Sequence record: NC_048195.1
DNA: 64,000 nt
Direction: 5' to 3' (one strand)
Source: Escherichia phage vB_EcoM_WFC
Part shown: positions 28,778 to 36,310 of the stretch, piece after piece
How positions within the stretch are numbered: the first letter of the stretch is position 1
Layout: every line of letters begins with the position of its first letter
Made by a program: the position numbers and the translations under genes
Notes under the pieces: generated by a model
The model's input: the letters and a program-made list of their open reading frames with translations, nothing else
Told to the model about the DNA's origin: nothing
Database searches by the model: none

Positions 28778-29422
28778 ATGATTAATGCAAACGTAATATC
28801 TAAAGGGACCGGATGCAGCATGGATGTTGCTGAAAAATGGGTCGACCCCTTCAAGCAGGCTTGTGAGCACTACGGAATCAAAAGCAAGAATGCCATCGCG
28901 GCGCTGCTTGCAAACGTAGGAGTGGAAACAGGCAGCCTGAAGACCTTTGTGGAAAACCTGAATTATTCCGCTCAAGGTCTTGCTAATACGTGGCCTAGCC
29001 GTTACAGCGCCAGCGGTCGTTTCGGTGGCGCACCAAACTCCTTGGCATTGTCGATTGCCCGTAAACCAATGGAAATCGCCAATAATACATATGCAAACCG
29101 AATGGGAAATGGTTCGGTAGCATCTGGCGACGGTTGGAAGTACCGTGGCCGTGGTGCCATTCAGCTGACTGGAAAGGCTAACTATGCAGAGTATTCAAAG
29201 CAATCAGGGTATGACGCATTGAATAACCCTGACATTTTGACTGAGCCGAAATACATCGCTGACAGCGCGGCGTGGTTCTTCAAGAACAGCGGTTGCATTC
29301 CACTTGCCGATGCGGGTGCATTTGATTCGACCGTGAAGCGGATTAACGGGGCCGCGCCGAATACGGCTAACCATGGGGATTTGCGACGGAAGCGTTACAA
29401 GGATGTACTAGCAGTCATGTAA
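28778..29422 (+). CDS. endolysin, glycoside hydrolase family 19 (chitinase-like)
   Basis: 214 aa; AAGGTGA RBS; GDGWKYRGRGAIQLTGKANY block typical of GH19 lysozymes; no signal peptide or TM segment. Confidence 0.8.
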   Translation: MINANVISKGTGCSMDVAEKWVDPFKQACEHYGIKSKNAIAALLANVGVETGSLKTFVENLNYSAQGLANTWPSRYSASGRFGGAPNSLALSIARKPMEIANNTYANRMGNGSVASGDGWKYRGRGAIQLTGKANYAEYSKQSGYDALNNPDILTEPKYIADSAAWFFKNSGCIPLADAGAFDSTVKRINGAAPNTANHGDLRRKRYKDVLAVM

Positions 29423-29423
29423 G

Positions 29424-29454
29424 AAAAAGGCCCATATGGGCCTTTGTTTATTTT
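29424..29454. terminator. bidirectional intrinsic terminator between convergent genes
   Basis: AAAGGCCC ATAT GGGCCTTT hairpin flanked by A-run upstream and T-run downstream. Confidence 0.65.
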
Positions 29455-29678
29455 ACGGCTTCAACCTGGACAGGCGGCGCGGAACTTGTATCAATGTCTG
29501 GCAAGTCGAAGTAATACCCCGCCATGCCAATCACGCCAACAATCGCGGCCCGTGCCACCTTGTTGCTAATTGACTCCCCAATAAGCTTTACCAACAGGGA
29601 CAAGATTTGAGACGTCAAAGCCTTTTTCAGCCTTTTGTTTTCTTCCAAATCTTTCTGCATAACTACCACCCATGTCAA
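29448..29678 (-). CDS. small membrane protein (one TM helix), possible holin or antiholin
   Basis: 76 aa with hydrophobic segment VARAAIVGVIGMAGYYF; convergent with the endolysin gene. Confidence 0.4.
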   Translation of the reverse strand: MTWVVVMQKDLEENKRLKKALTSQILSLLVKLIGESISNKVARAAIVGVIGMAGYYFDLPDIDTSSAPPVQVEAVK

Positions 29679-30217
29679 CGCACATCCTGTGTCTTAACAT
29701 TACCTGAAGCATCTCTTAAGGGCAGTGGATAGTAGGCCATTTGGTAGTCTGATACGCCTTCAACATGATAAAACACGATTACGTCTTTGCTGTTGATGAG
29801 CATGTTAACGACATCTGATTTATCTTCTGGAGTGAGTATGAGTGCGCCGCCTGTCCTGCTGTCTACTGCAACAGGGTATGTCTTGTCGACAAGGCCGCTG
29901 TCCAATGTATTATACCTGACAACGATTTCAGCGGCATCAACTTTTGCAATTGACATTCCGAACACAAACGAAACGACTTGGCGACCGCGATCATTCATTA
30001 CGCACATCTTTTCCTTATCAAACCTTTTCTTTATCACATCATATTTGTTCCAGCAAAATTCGAACGATTGGCCGTTGTTAAAATATCTCGTTAACACTTT
30101 GGCATTACTATTTGGCGGCGTAAACATACTTTCAGCCGCTGCACTTTTGGTGAAGAACAAGACTGTCAGCATAGCCATGATGGTGATCAAAACAATCTTT
30201 AAAGTTTTCGATTTCAT
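29675..30217 (-). CDS. secreted protein with N-terminal signal peptide
   Basis: 180 aa; MKSKTLKIVLITIMAMLTVLFFTKSAAA then polar mature part. Confidence 0.45.
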   Translation of the reverse strand: MKSKTLKIVLITIMAMLTVLFFTKSAAAESMFTPPNSNAKVLTRYFNNGQSFEFCWNKYDVIKKRFDKEKMCVMNDRGRQVVSFVFGMSIAKVDAAEIVVRYNTLDSGLVDKTYPVAVDSRTGGALILTPEDKSDVVNMLINSKDVIVFYHVEGVSDYQMAYYPLPLRDASGNVKTQDVR

Positions 30218-30393
30218 TATAATTCACCTTTTGATTACGAATATTAATAGTATAGGCCGAAGGTTTTGAAAGTAAATAAGGCGAAAGGTAAATAAAAGAA
30301 AAGCCGGAGATTTCCGGCTTTATGTATACACTGTATATTAAATTCTATAAAACGACGCGATAGATTATCCGCACCAATTATTTATCTAGTGTC

Positions 30394-31356
30394 TTAAAAA
30401 TACTCCATATCGGTAATATCACGGAAGCATTTATACAAAGCAGAGCGCGGCACGTCGACGATGCCAAAGTTAAAGAATTTATACGTTAGGTATTTATCGC
30501 GATAGTTCTCGCGATTCTCCCAAAGCATTTTACGCTCTGCCATAGGCATTGAACCAGCGGAGACGCGGAAAGGAATCATTTCACCTTTCTCATCCACATA
30601 TTTTGGATTGACGACTACGAATGAGCCAAGGTATCCTTTCGCAACTAAACCTTCAGCCTCTTTTGAACGCTTGGTGCGACCCAATTCGTCAATGAATGCT
30701 TCGTTGTTATTCTCCATCATCTCAACGAAGTCTATGATCAACCCTTCTTCATCGGTCCACGGCTTGTCCTTCCACACATCACGTGACTTCGGCGTCGCGC
30801 GCCCATGCTTATATTTGCCCGTCCAAGACTTGCCATACAAGCCTTCATATCCAAGCTGGTCTGCTTCGATTTGCATCGCCGCGTACTGTTCCATATTTTC
30901 GATGTTTCGATATTCGAGAGCGCGAAGGAATGGGCGTCGACCATGGTTGATGAGATGTTGATTAACTTCAGCAACTCTAGCTCGATAGTTTGCATAACGC
31001 TTTTCAAAAGGCAGATCAGGGTCGCTGAAGTCATCAAACACCCACCATGTAAAGTTAGTGATTGCATCAGTATTCATGCATGCAGTATAGGCCTGTTGCA
31101 TGACGTTCTTATCATTTGGATTGCCGTCGATTAGCTCTCCATCAAGTCCGTGAATTAGTTCACCCAAAAAGAGGAACTCTTTTTTGATTTGAACGTTGCG
31201 CAACGGCATGCCGGAAGTGCCCATTGGCAAGTTGTCATACGCCATTGCACGTATGCCATCGACCTTGAATGACAGTCCGCAAGGCAGCGGCACGTCCTCG
31301 CCGCGCTCGATAATCTGCTTACGTTGGCAACCCTTCATTGGTTTTAATGCTGTCAT
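30394..31356 (-). CDS. ATP-dependent DNA ligase
   Basis: 320 aa; nucleotidyltransferase motif I FKVDGIRAM (KxDG) and motif IV-like EGLVAKG. Confidence 0.8.
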   Translation of the reverse strand: MTALKPMKGCQRKQIIERGEDVPLPCGLSFKVDGIRAMAYDNLPMGTSGMPLRNVQIKKEFLFLGELIHGLDGELIDGNPNDKNVMQQAYTACMNTDAITNFTWWVFDDFSDPDLPFEKRYANYRARVAEVNQHLINHGRRPFLRALEYRNIENMEQYAAMQIEADQLGYEGLYGKSWTGKYKHGRATPKSRDVWKDKPWTDEEGLIIDFVEMMENNNEAFIDELGRTKRSKEAEGLVAKGYLGSFVVVNPKYVDEKGEMIPFRVSAGSMPMAERKMLWENRENYRDKYLTYKFFNFGIVDVPRSALYKCFRDITDMEYF

Positions 31357-31358
31357 AA

Positions 31359-31982
31359 TTATTGTCCTGTAACTTCTCTGATCACACGGTCTTCAAGTTC
31401 CAGCTTCTTTACCATTTTGCAGGAGTGCTCATAAGCGGGATCAGTAGATTTGATGAACGTTCCGTTGTACATGACACCTTTGCGGTCCTTGATGTCTTCG
31501 TAGGCCGCTTGCGCACAGTCGGATAAGCGAAGGCCATAATCATGAGCTACGCCGGAAAGGTAATCGACTGCGGCCATGATGGTGACGTCAATATCCATGG
31601 TCTGATTCTTAGCAATAGCATCACCAAGCCGTCCAAGGGTCTTTGCCAGGCGAAGGATGAATGAATGAGGGTGAGCGCCTTTATCAGCGCAACCGCCGCC
31701 ATTAATGTTTTCGATTTCAGTACCGTTTTGCGCCGCCAGGATGGTCAACACAACAAGACAATCGCCAATGTCGTCCTTGATTGCAGCTTGCAAGTCACAG
31801 ATGGCCTGCTCTGTATATCCAATTTCAGGGTCGAAGAACACAAGGTCATGGAGTTGATCAACGTGGTCGGTTAACTCCCCAAACTCGCTGATAAGCTTCG
31901 GGTATTGGTCCTTAAGGTCGCAACCTTGGATGATGTTACGGTCAGAAGCCCACTGGCGAATGTTTGCATAAATCTGTTTCAT
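31359..31982 (-). CDS. MazG-like nucleotide pyrophosphohydrolase (putative)
   Basis: 207 aa; all-alpha pattern with EFGELTDH and DIGDCLVVL acidic motifs resembling MazG/HisE-type NTP pyrophosphatases. Confidence 0.5.
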   Translation of the reverse strand: MKQIYANIRQWASDRNIIQGCDLKDQYPKLISEFGELTDHVDQLHDLVFFDPEIGYTEQAICDLQAAIKDDIGDCLVVLTILAAQNGTEIENINGGGCADKGAHPHSFILRLAKTLGRLGDAIAKNQTMDIDVTIMAAVDYLSGVAHDYGLRLSDCAQAAYEDIKDRKGVMYNGTFIKSTDPAYEHSCKMVKKLELEDRVIREVTGQ

Positions 31983-32498
31983 CTATTTTTCCTTTGATGC
32001 ATTGAATTGATCGATTTTTATTTTAGCCTGATTATAAGTATCAATCAAGCTATTAACTTTCTCTTTTAATCGATTTGTTTCTGCGGCGAACTGAACAAGA
32101 AATCTGACATCCTCTTCTGATAGTCCACAGTTTCCTTCTGGGATAGAGAGGCGTCCAGTGGTCGCAGAGTCGGGCACACTCCTGAGTAACTCACGGGAGC
32201 AGCTGAGTTGCTCGCGCAACTTGACATTCCCAGACTTGTAACGAGCAATAGTGTCATCAGCAACCAGTTGCGCTTCCTGGCGACCCTTCTCATATGCCGA
32301 TGCCGATTCAACCTGTAAAGTTGCAATTTGCTCTTCGAGTGCATTTATCTTGTCCTTACGCTCATTAAGCGATGTCAGATATTGATTATCCTTGGCCAGT
32401 GATGCGTTGGTTTGCTGCAGGTCTTCAACGTATGATCCAGCGGCAAACGCGCCAACAAGGGCCAGAATCTTCAGGAGCGGTACAATTCTTTCTATCAT
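31983..32498 (-). CDS. i-spanin (Rz-like)
   Basis: 171 aa; N-terminal TM segment (IVPLLKILALVGAFAAGSYV), long coiled-coil periplasmic part, and an embedded lipoprotein ORF in another frame. Confidence 0.5.
   Translation of the reverse strand: MIERIVPLLKILALVGAFAAGSYVEDLQQTNASLAKDNQYLTSLNERKDKINALEEQIATLQVESASAYEKGRQEAQLVADDTIARYKSGNVKLREQLSCSRELLRSVPDSATTGRLSIPEGNCGLSEEDVRFLVQFAAETNRLKEKVNSLIDTYNQAKIKIDQFNASKEK
32066..32293 (-). CDS. o-spanin (Rz1-like) embedded in the i-spanin gene
   Basis: Out-of-frame ORF wholly inside 31983-32498; MRRVARKRNWLLMTLLLVTSLGMSSC lipoprotein-like signal with Cys, followed by a short Pro-containing mature peptide. Confidence 0.45.
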   Translation of the reverse strand: MRRVARKRNWLLMTLLLVTSLGMSSCASNSAAPVSYSGVCPTLRPLDASLSQKETVDYQKRMSDFLFSSPQKQID

Positions 32499-32555
32499 GA
32501 TGCACCAGATAAATAAAAGGCCGCCAAACGGCAGCCTTGTTGATTTGATTGTCGA

Positions 32556-33416
32556 TTAAAACTCTTCTGCGTCGGTCGGAGTTTCATTGACAGGACCAGC
32601 GGCACCGCTTGCTTCTTCCTGCTTGCTGCGGTCGATGTTAACGTTACCGCCAACTACGTCGTTGTGGAATGCCTTGGCGACTTCGTACAGGCCTTTGTCC
32701 TGCACCAGACCTTCCAGCTCAAACTTCAGAACAGACCAGGTGTTGCCGTCTTTGGACTGGGATGCAGTACCCATGCGAACGATGTTCATAAAGGTCGGCG
32801 GCGTTTTCAGACCCTGCGGAGTCTGAACTTTCTTCTGCTGCAGAGCGGTCATCAGCATGCGAGACGGCTTGATCATGGAAGAAGTCAGAGACAGCATTGC
32901 GCTACCAAATTCACCAGTTTCTTCGTTCAACAGAATTACGAAGTGGTTGCGTGTATCTGCGTAGTAAGGAGATTTCTTCTCGTGCACCTTGCCGTTTTCG
33001 TCCGGCACGAATACCTTACCGTTGATCTCAACAGCGCGGCCTGCCGCGACTTCTGCATCAACGTGCTCTTTGGTGAATTCACCTTTAAAGCCTTTATCGT
33101 CGGACTCGCGACCGCCCCAAAGAATGAAGGTGCGTTTGAATGCGCAAGGGATGATTTGCACGCCTTTCTTGCCGTCATACAACTCACCAGTAACGGTGTT
33201 GTAAAGCATGCCAGCTTTTGCGCCAGGAACGTGTTTTGGATCATCTTCGTCGACCATAGGAGACATCTTCTGCAGTACGACGATAAAAGGAATGGCATAC
33301 GCATCGGCATCGGCACCTTCAAAACCAGCGCCAAAATCGGTCATGTCGACAAAATCAGCCATAGCGGACATCTGGGTGTTTTTCACTGCAACTTCGGTGG
33401 TTTCTTTCTTAGACAT
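32556..33416 (-). CDS. putative ssDNA-binding or annealing protein
   Basis: 286 aa; acidic C-terminal tail ending in Phe (TDAEEF), as in T7 gp2.5-type SSBs; position within the replication module. Confidence 0.4.
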   Translation of the reverse strand: MSKKETTEVAVKNTQMSAMADFVDMTDFGAGFEGADADAYAIPFIVVLQKMSPMVDEDDPKHVPGAKAGMLYNTVTGELYDGKKGVQIIPCAFKRTFILWGGRESDDKGFKGEFTKEHVDAEVAAGRAVEINGKVFVPDENGKVHEKKSPYYADTRNHFVILLNEETGEFGSAMLSLTSSMIKPSRMLMTALQQKKVQTPQGLKTPPTFMNIVRMGTASQSKDGNTWSVLKFELEGLVQDKGLYEVAKAFHNDVVGGNVNIDRSKQEEASGAAGPVNETPTDAEEF

Positions 33417-33475
33417 TTGATATTTTCCTATAGTATCAAGTTTCGTGGCAACCTGATTTCAAGATAAAGGTTAAA

Positions 33476-34033
33476 TTACTTTTTGCTTTTAGGCAAGGTT
33501 ATTTTAGCTTCTTTGTATTCAAAAACGCTAATATCTTCACTAACTGGATTGCCCGCTTCCAGCTGTTCTTTTACAAACGACTTCAGTGTAGCAGAATGAA
33601 CGCCTTGTTTCAACGTGGCTTCAACACCATCTTCACGCAGCGCAGCAACAATCTCTTGCGCCTGTTCGATTTCTTCGCGACCGAACTCAGCCGTGACGCT
33701 GGACTTGATCAAGCCGCCGTAACCGTTGTTGACAAGCCAATCGAAAACTTTTAATTCGTTTTCTTTCTTGATTGAAGCGTTCACCCTGGACTCGACCTTG
33801 ATTTTGGTCTTGTCCTCAAGCTTGATTTCGGACACGCCAAGCTCATCCATAACGCCAGGAAGCAGAACAGTTTTGATTTCACTGATGCGCTGCTTTTGCA
33901 TATCAGCTTCATCTTCAAGCTCTGTCAAAGCTTCTTGTCGTTCTGCCAGTTCAGACACTAAGCGCGCAAGGCGCTCTTGAATGCTCTCAGGAGCAACCTG
34001 CGGCAAATCATCTTCCCAATTAATATTGCTCAT
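33476..34033 (-). CDS. hypothetical protein (185 aa), acidic coiled-coil N-terminus
   Basis: Replication-module ORF; no recognisable motif. Confidence 0.45.
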   Translation of the reverse strand: MSNINWEDDLPQVAPESIQERLARLVSELAERQEALTELEDEADMQKQRISEIKTVLLPGVMDELGVSEIKLEDKTKIKVESRVNASIKKENELKVFDWLVNNGYGGLIKSSVTAEFGREEIEQAQEIVAALREDGVEATLKQGVHSATLKSFVKEQLEAGNPVSEDISVFEYKEAKITLPKSKK

Positions 34034-34293
34034 ATTTTACCTTCTTGCATTAGCCCTTCAACACGGGTCATTTGATAACGTTCAGGTTTCCAAGCCGCCA
34101 AAGCCTTCTCAGCGCCTTTCAAGGTTTTATATGCCTTGATGCCAGGCATAATAACGGTATTCACCCCAGCACCGTTGCCATAATCAAACTCTTTAACAAC
34201 GCGGAACATCCCGTCAATTTCTTTGACCAAAAGACGTTTGAAAGCGATTGCGCCAGTAGCTTCATTTTTGTAACGTTCAAGGATGCGTACCAT
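34030..34293 (-). CDS. hypothetical protein (87 aa)
   Basis: 4-nt overlap with the downstream gene. Confidence 0.4.
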   Translation of the reverse strand: MVRILERYKNEATGAIAFKRLLVKEIDGMFRVVKEFDYGNGAGVNTVIMPGIKAYKTLKGAEKALAAWKPERYQMTRVEGLMQEGKI

Positions 34294-34367
34294 TTTGTGT
34301 TCCTCTGTTTCGTTTCGATGAAGTAATTATGACTCATCTTCCATGACAAGTCAAATTATTTTTGATA

Positions 34368-35891
34368 TTAATTCATCTTTTTGCCGTCGAGGATGTGATC
34401 AGCAAGCATAGATTTCATGCTCAGTGAACGCTGAATTTCTTCGTCGATGGTATCAACGCCAATAAAATCAACATACAACACGCTTGATTTGGTGCCGATG
34501 CGGTGATTTCGGTCTTCGGATTGCTTGCGCAACTCGTTGTCATAGTTGCAAGAATAATAGATTGCCAAGTCGGCGGCTGTAAGCGTGATTCCGATGCCTG
34601 CCGCTGCAGCGTGGCAAACCAAGACTTGTGTTCCACCGTTCTCGACTGTGTTTTTCTGGAAGTCATCAATCAAGAACTCTCGCTGCTCTTTTGACGTTTC
34701 ACCGTTGTATACACCAGTGACCACGCCTTCAGACTCAAGCCAATCCTTAATCTGGTTCATCTCTTCCTTGAAGATGGCCCAAACAATGAATTTGCGCCCT
34801 GGGTCGTCTTCCAGCACCCCTTCCACATAATCCTTAAAGGCCGTGAATCGTGGGTTGTCTTCCATGTAGACCATCTCATCATACACCTTAACAAAGCCTG
34901 ATGTCACCTGCTTCATCTTAGTGCGAGATGCGATCATCTCAAACTTAACGTTTTCTTCTTCGCCTTTGTACTCCATCAGATAGTTGTACTCATTCTTGAG
35001 TTCATCGTAGACATCGCGCTGCTTAGGCGACAACTCGAAGTCGATAAACTTGTACACCTTCTCTGGAAGGTCCGGCAAGTATTCCGCTTTTGTCGCGCGG
35101 AAATAGTGCGGCTCCATCAGCCGGATAAGCTTGTCAAGGTTTTTGTACATCGGTCGACCAAACTGGTCTTTGCGCGGCACTTGCGGAATGCCATAACCGT
35201 TGCCGCCGATTTTCTTGAGAATGGCCTGCATCTCTGGGTCGTGCGCTTCAAGTAGCACTGTGAATTCAGAGTTGAATGCACGGAACGATTTGGTGCCGAG
35301 CAATCCTGCTTCAAGGAAGTGGTATTGCATGTAAATATCCGCAGGGGAGCGCGGCAACGGCGTGCCAGAAAGGATTCGACGGGCCTTGGCCAGCCGTCCC
35401 AATTCCACAACCTTGATGGAGCGTTTGGCTGTGTTATTCTTGATGCGCGTTGATTCGTCGATGATCATCAGGCAGCGGTACTTCTTCAAGACCGACTCGA
35501 TGTGTTGATAACCTACTGGTGTGTTGACGGTATCGATGTTGAATGAGAAGATGCGCGCAGGCACTTCACCTTCAGGGTAGTGATCAGCAAACATCTTCTC
35601 CCAAAGCGCCTTGCCCTTTTTAGTTTTCATCTTATCGTTGCCGCGCCAGTAGTGCCCAATCCACTTGATGGAAAGGTGCTCTGGTGCTTCACGACGAATC
35701 CAGTTTGAGTGGACCCCGTTTGGAGCGATAACGACCATGGCGTCGAACGCGCCAGCGGTGAAGTGCTTTTCAAACTCTGCCAAAGCGGTCCAAGTTTTAC
35801 CAAGACCCTGTTCCATGAAATAGGCAAAGTATTTTCTGCGGCCTGCTTTATCAAGCGCCAGAAGCTGGTGGCGCATCCCTTGTGTTTTCAT
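34368..35891 (-). CDS. SNF2-family (DEAD/DEAH-box) helicase
   Basis: 507 aa; Walker A GLGKT, DEST(R) box, LSGTPL motif. Confidence 0.8.
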   Translation of the reverse strand: MKTQGMRHQLLALDKAGRRKYFAYFMEQGLGKTWTALAEFEKHFTAGAFDAMVVIAPNGVHSNWIRREAPEHLSIKWIGHYWRGNDKMKTKKGKALWEKMFADHYPEGEVPARIFSFNIDTVNTPVGYQHIESVLKKYRCLMIIDESTRIKNNTAKRSIKVVELGRLAKARRILSGTPLPRSPADIYMQYHFLEAGLLGTKSFRAFNSEFTVLLEAHDPEMQAILKKIGGNGYGIPQVPRKDQFGRPMYKNLDKLIRLMEPHYFRATKAEYLPDLPEKVYKFIDFELSPKQRDVYDELKNEYNYLMEYKGEEENVKFEMIASRTKMKQVTSGFVKVYDEMVYMEDNPRFTAFKDYVEGVLEDDPGRKFIVWAIFKEEMNQIKDWLESEGVVTGVYNGETSKEQREFLIDDFQKNTVENGGTQVLVCHAAAAGIGITLTAADLAIYYSCNYDNELRKQSEDRNHRIGTKSSVLYVDFIGVDTIDEEIQRSLSMKSMLADHILDGKKMN

Positions 35892-36310
35892 GACAATTCC
35901 TCTAAATACTTGATGATGTGGTGAATAGTTCCCTTCACGATTATCTCACGTTGAACGTCTGCAATATTATAACGCTTTAATTCAATCGAAGGGTGGACTA
36001 AATAAAACATCTTCTCAGAATCGACTTTAAGCAAAACAAATGATGGGTATTTCCAATCATTCCACGAAGAAAGAAAGCTGCACTGGCCTTTCTCAAATGC
36101 ATTTCTGAAAGGTGCAGTGGTGGCCCTTGCAGGCCACGATTCAAAGAACTTCATTTCAAGCCAAAAGCCGCGACCTTTCCGGTTGGTGCCGATTACGTCC
36201 GGCACACCATCACCCGTCATGGATTCGATTCTTTGAAGCTTCAATACTGATTCTGAATGCTTCTTCAGAGGCACAAAAATGTATTTTTGTTCACGGTTGT
36301 TTGTTGCCAT
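35888..36310 (-). CDS. VRR-NUC domain nuclease
   Basis: GVPDVIG ... WLEMKF fits a PD-(D/E)xK core; start set at the internal ATG 36310 because the ORF-track start would overlap the polymerase gene by 70 nt. Confidence 0.6.
   Translation of the reverse strand: MATNNREQKYIFVPLKKHSESVLKLQRIESMTGDGVPDVIGTNRKGRGFWLEMKFFESWPARATTAPFRNAFEKGQCSFLSSWNDWKYPSFVLLKVDSEKMFYLVHPSIELKRYNIADVQREIIVKGTIHHIIKYLEELS

Noticed and set aside
32066-32344. Full 92-aa extent of the embedded ORF as the o-spanin
   Set aside because: The first 17 residues are basic and lack signal-peptide character. The internal Met at 32293 gives a canonical n-region, h-region and Cys arrangement, so the shorter ORF was annotated.
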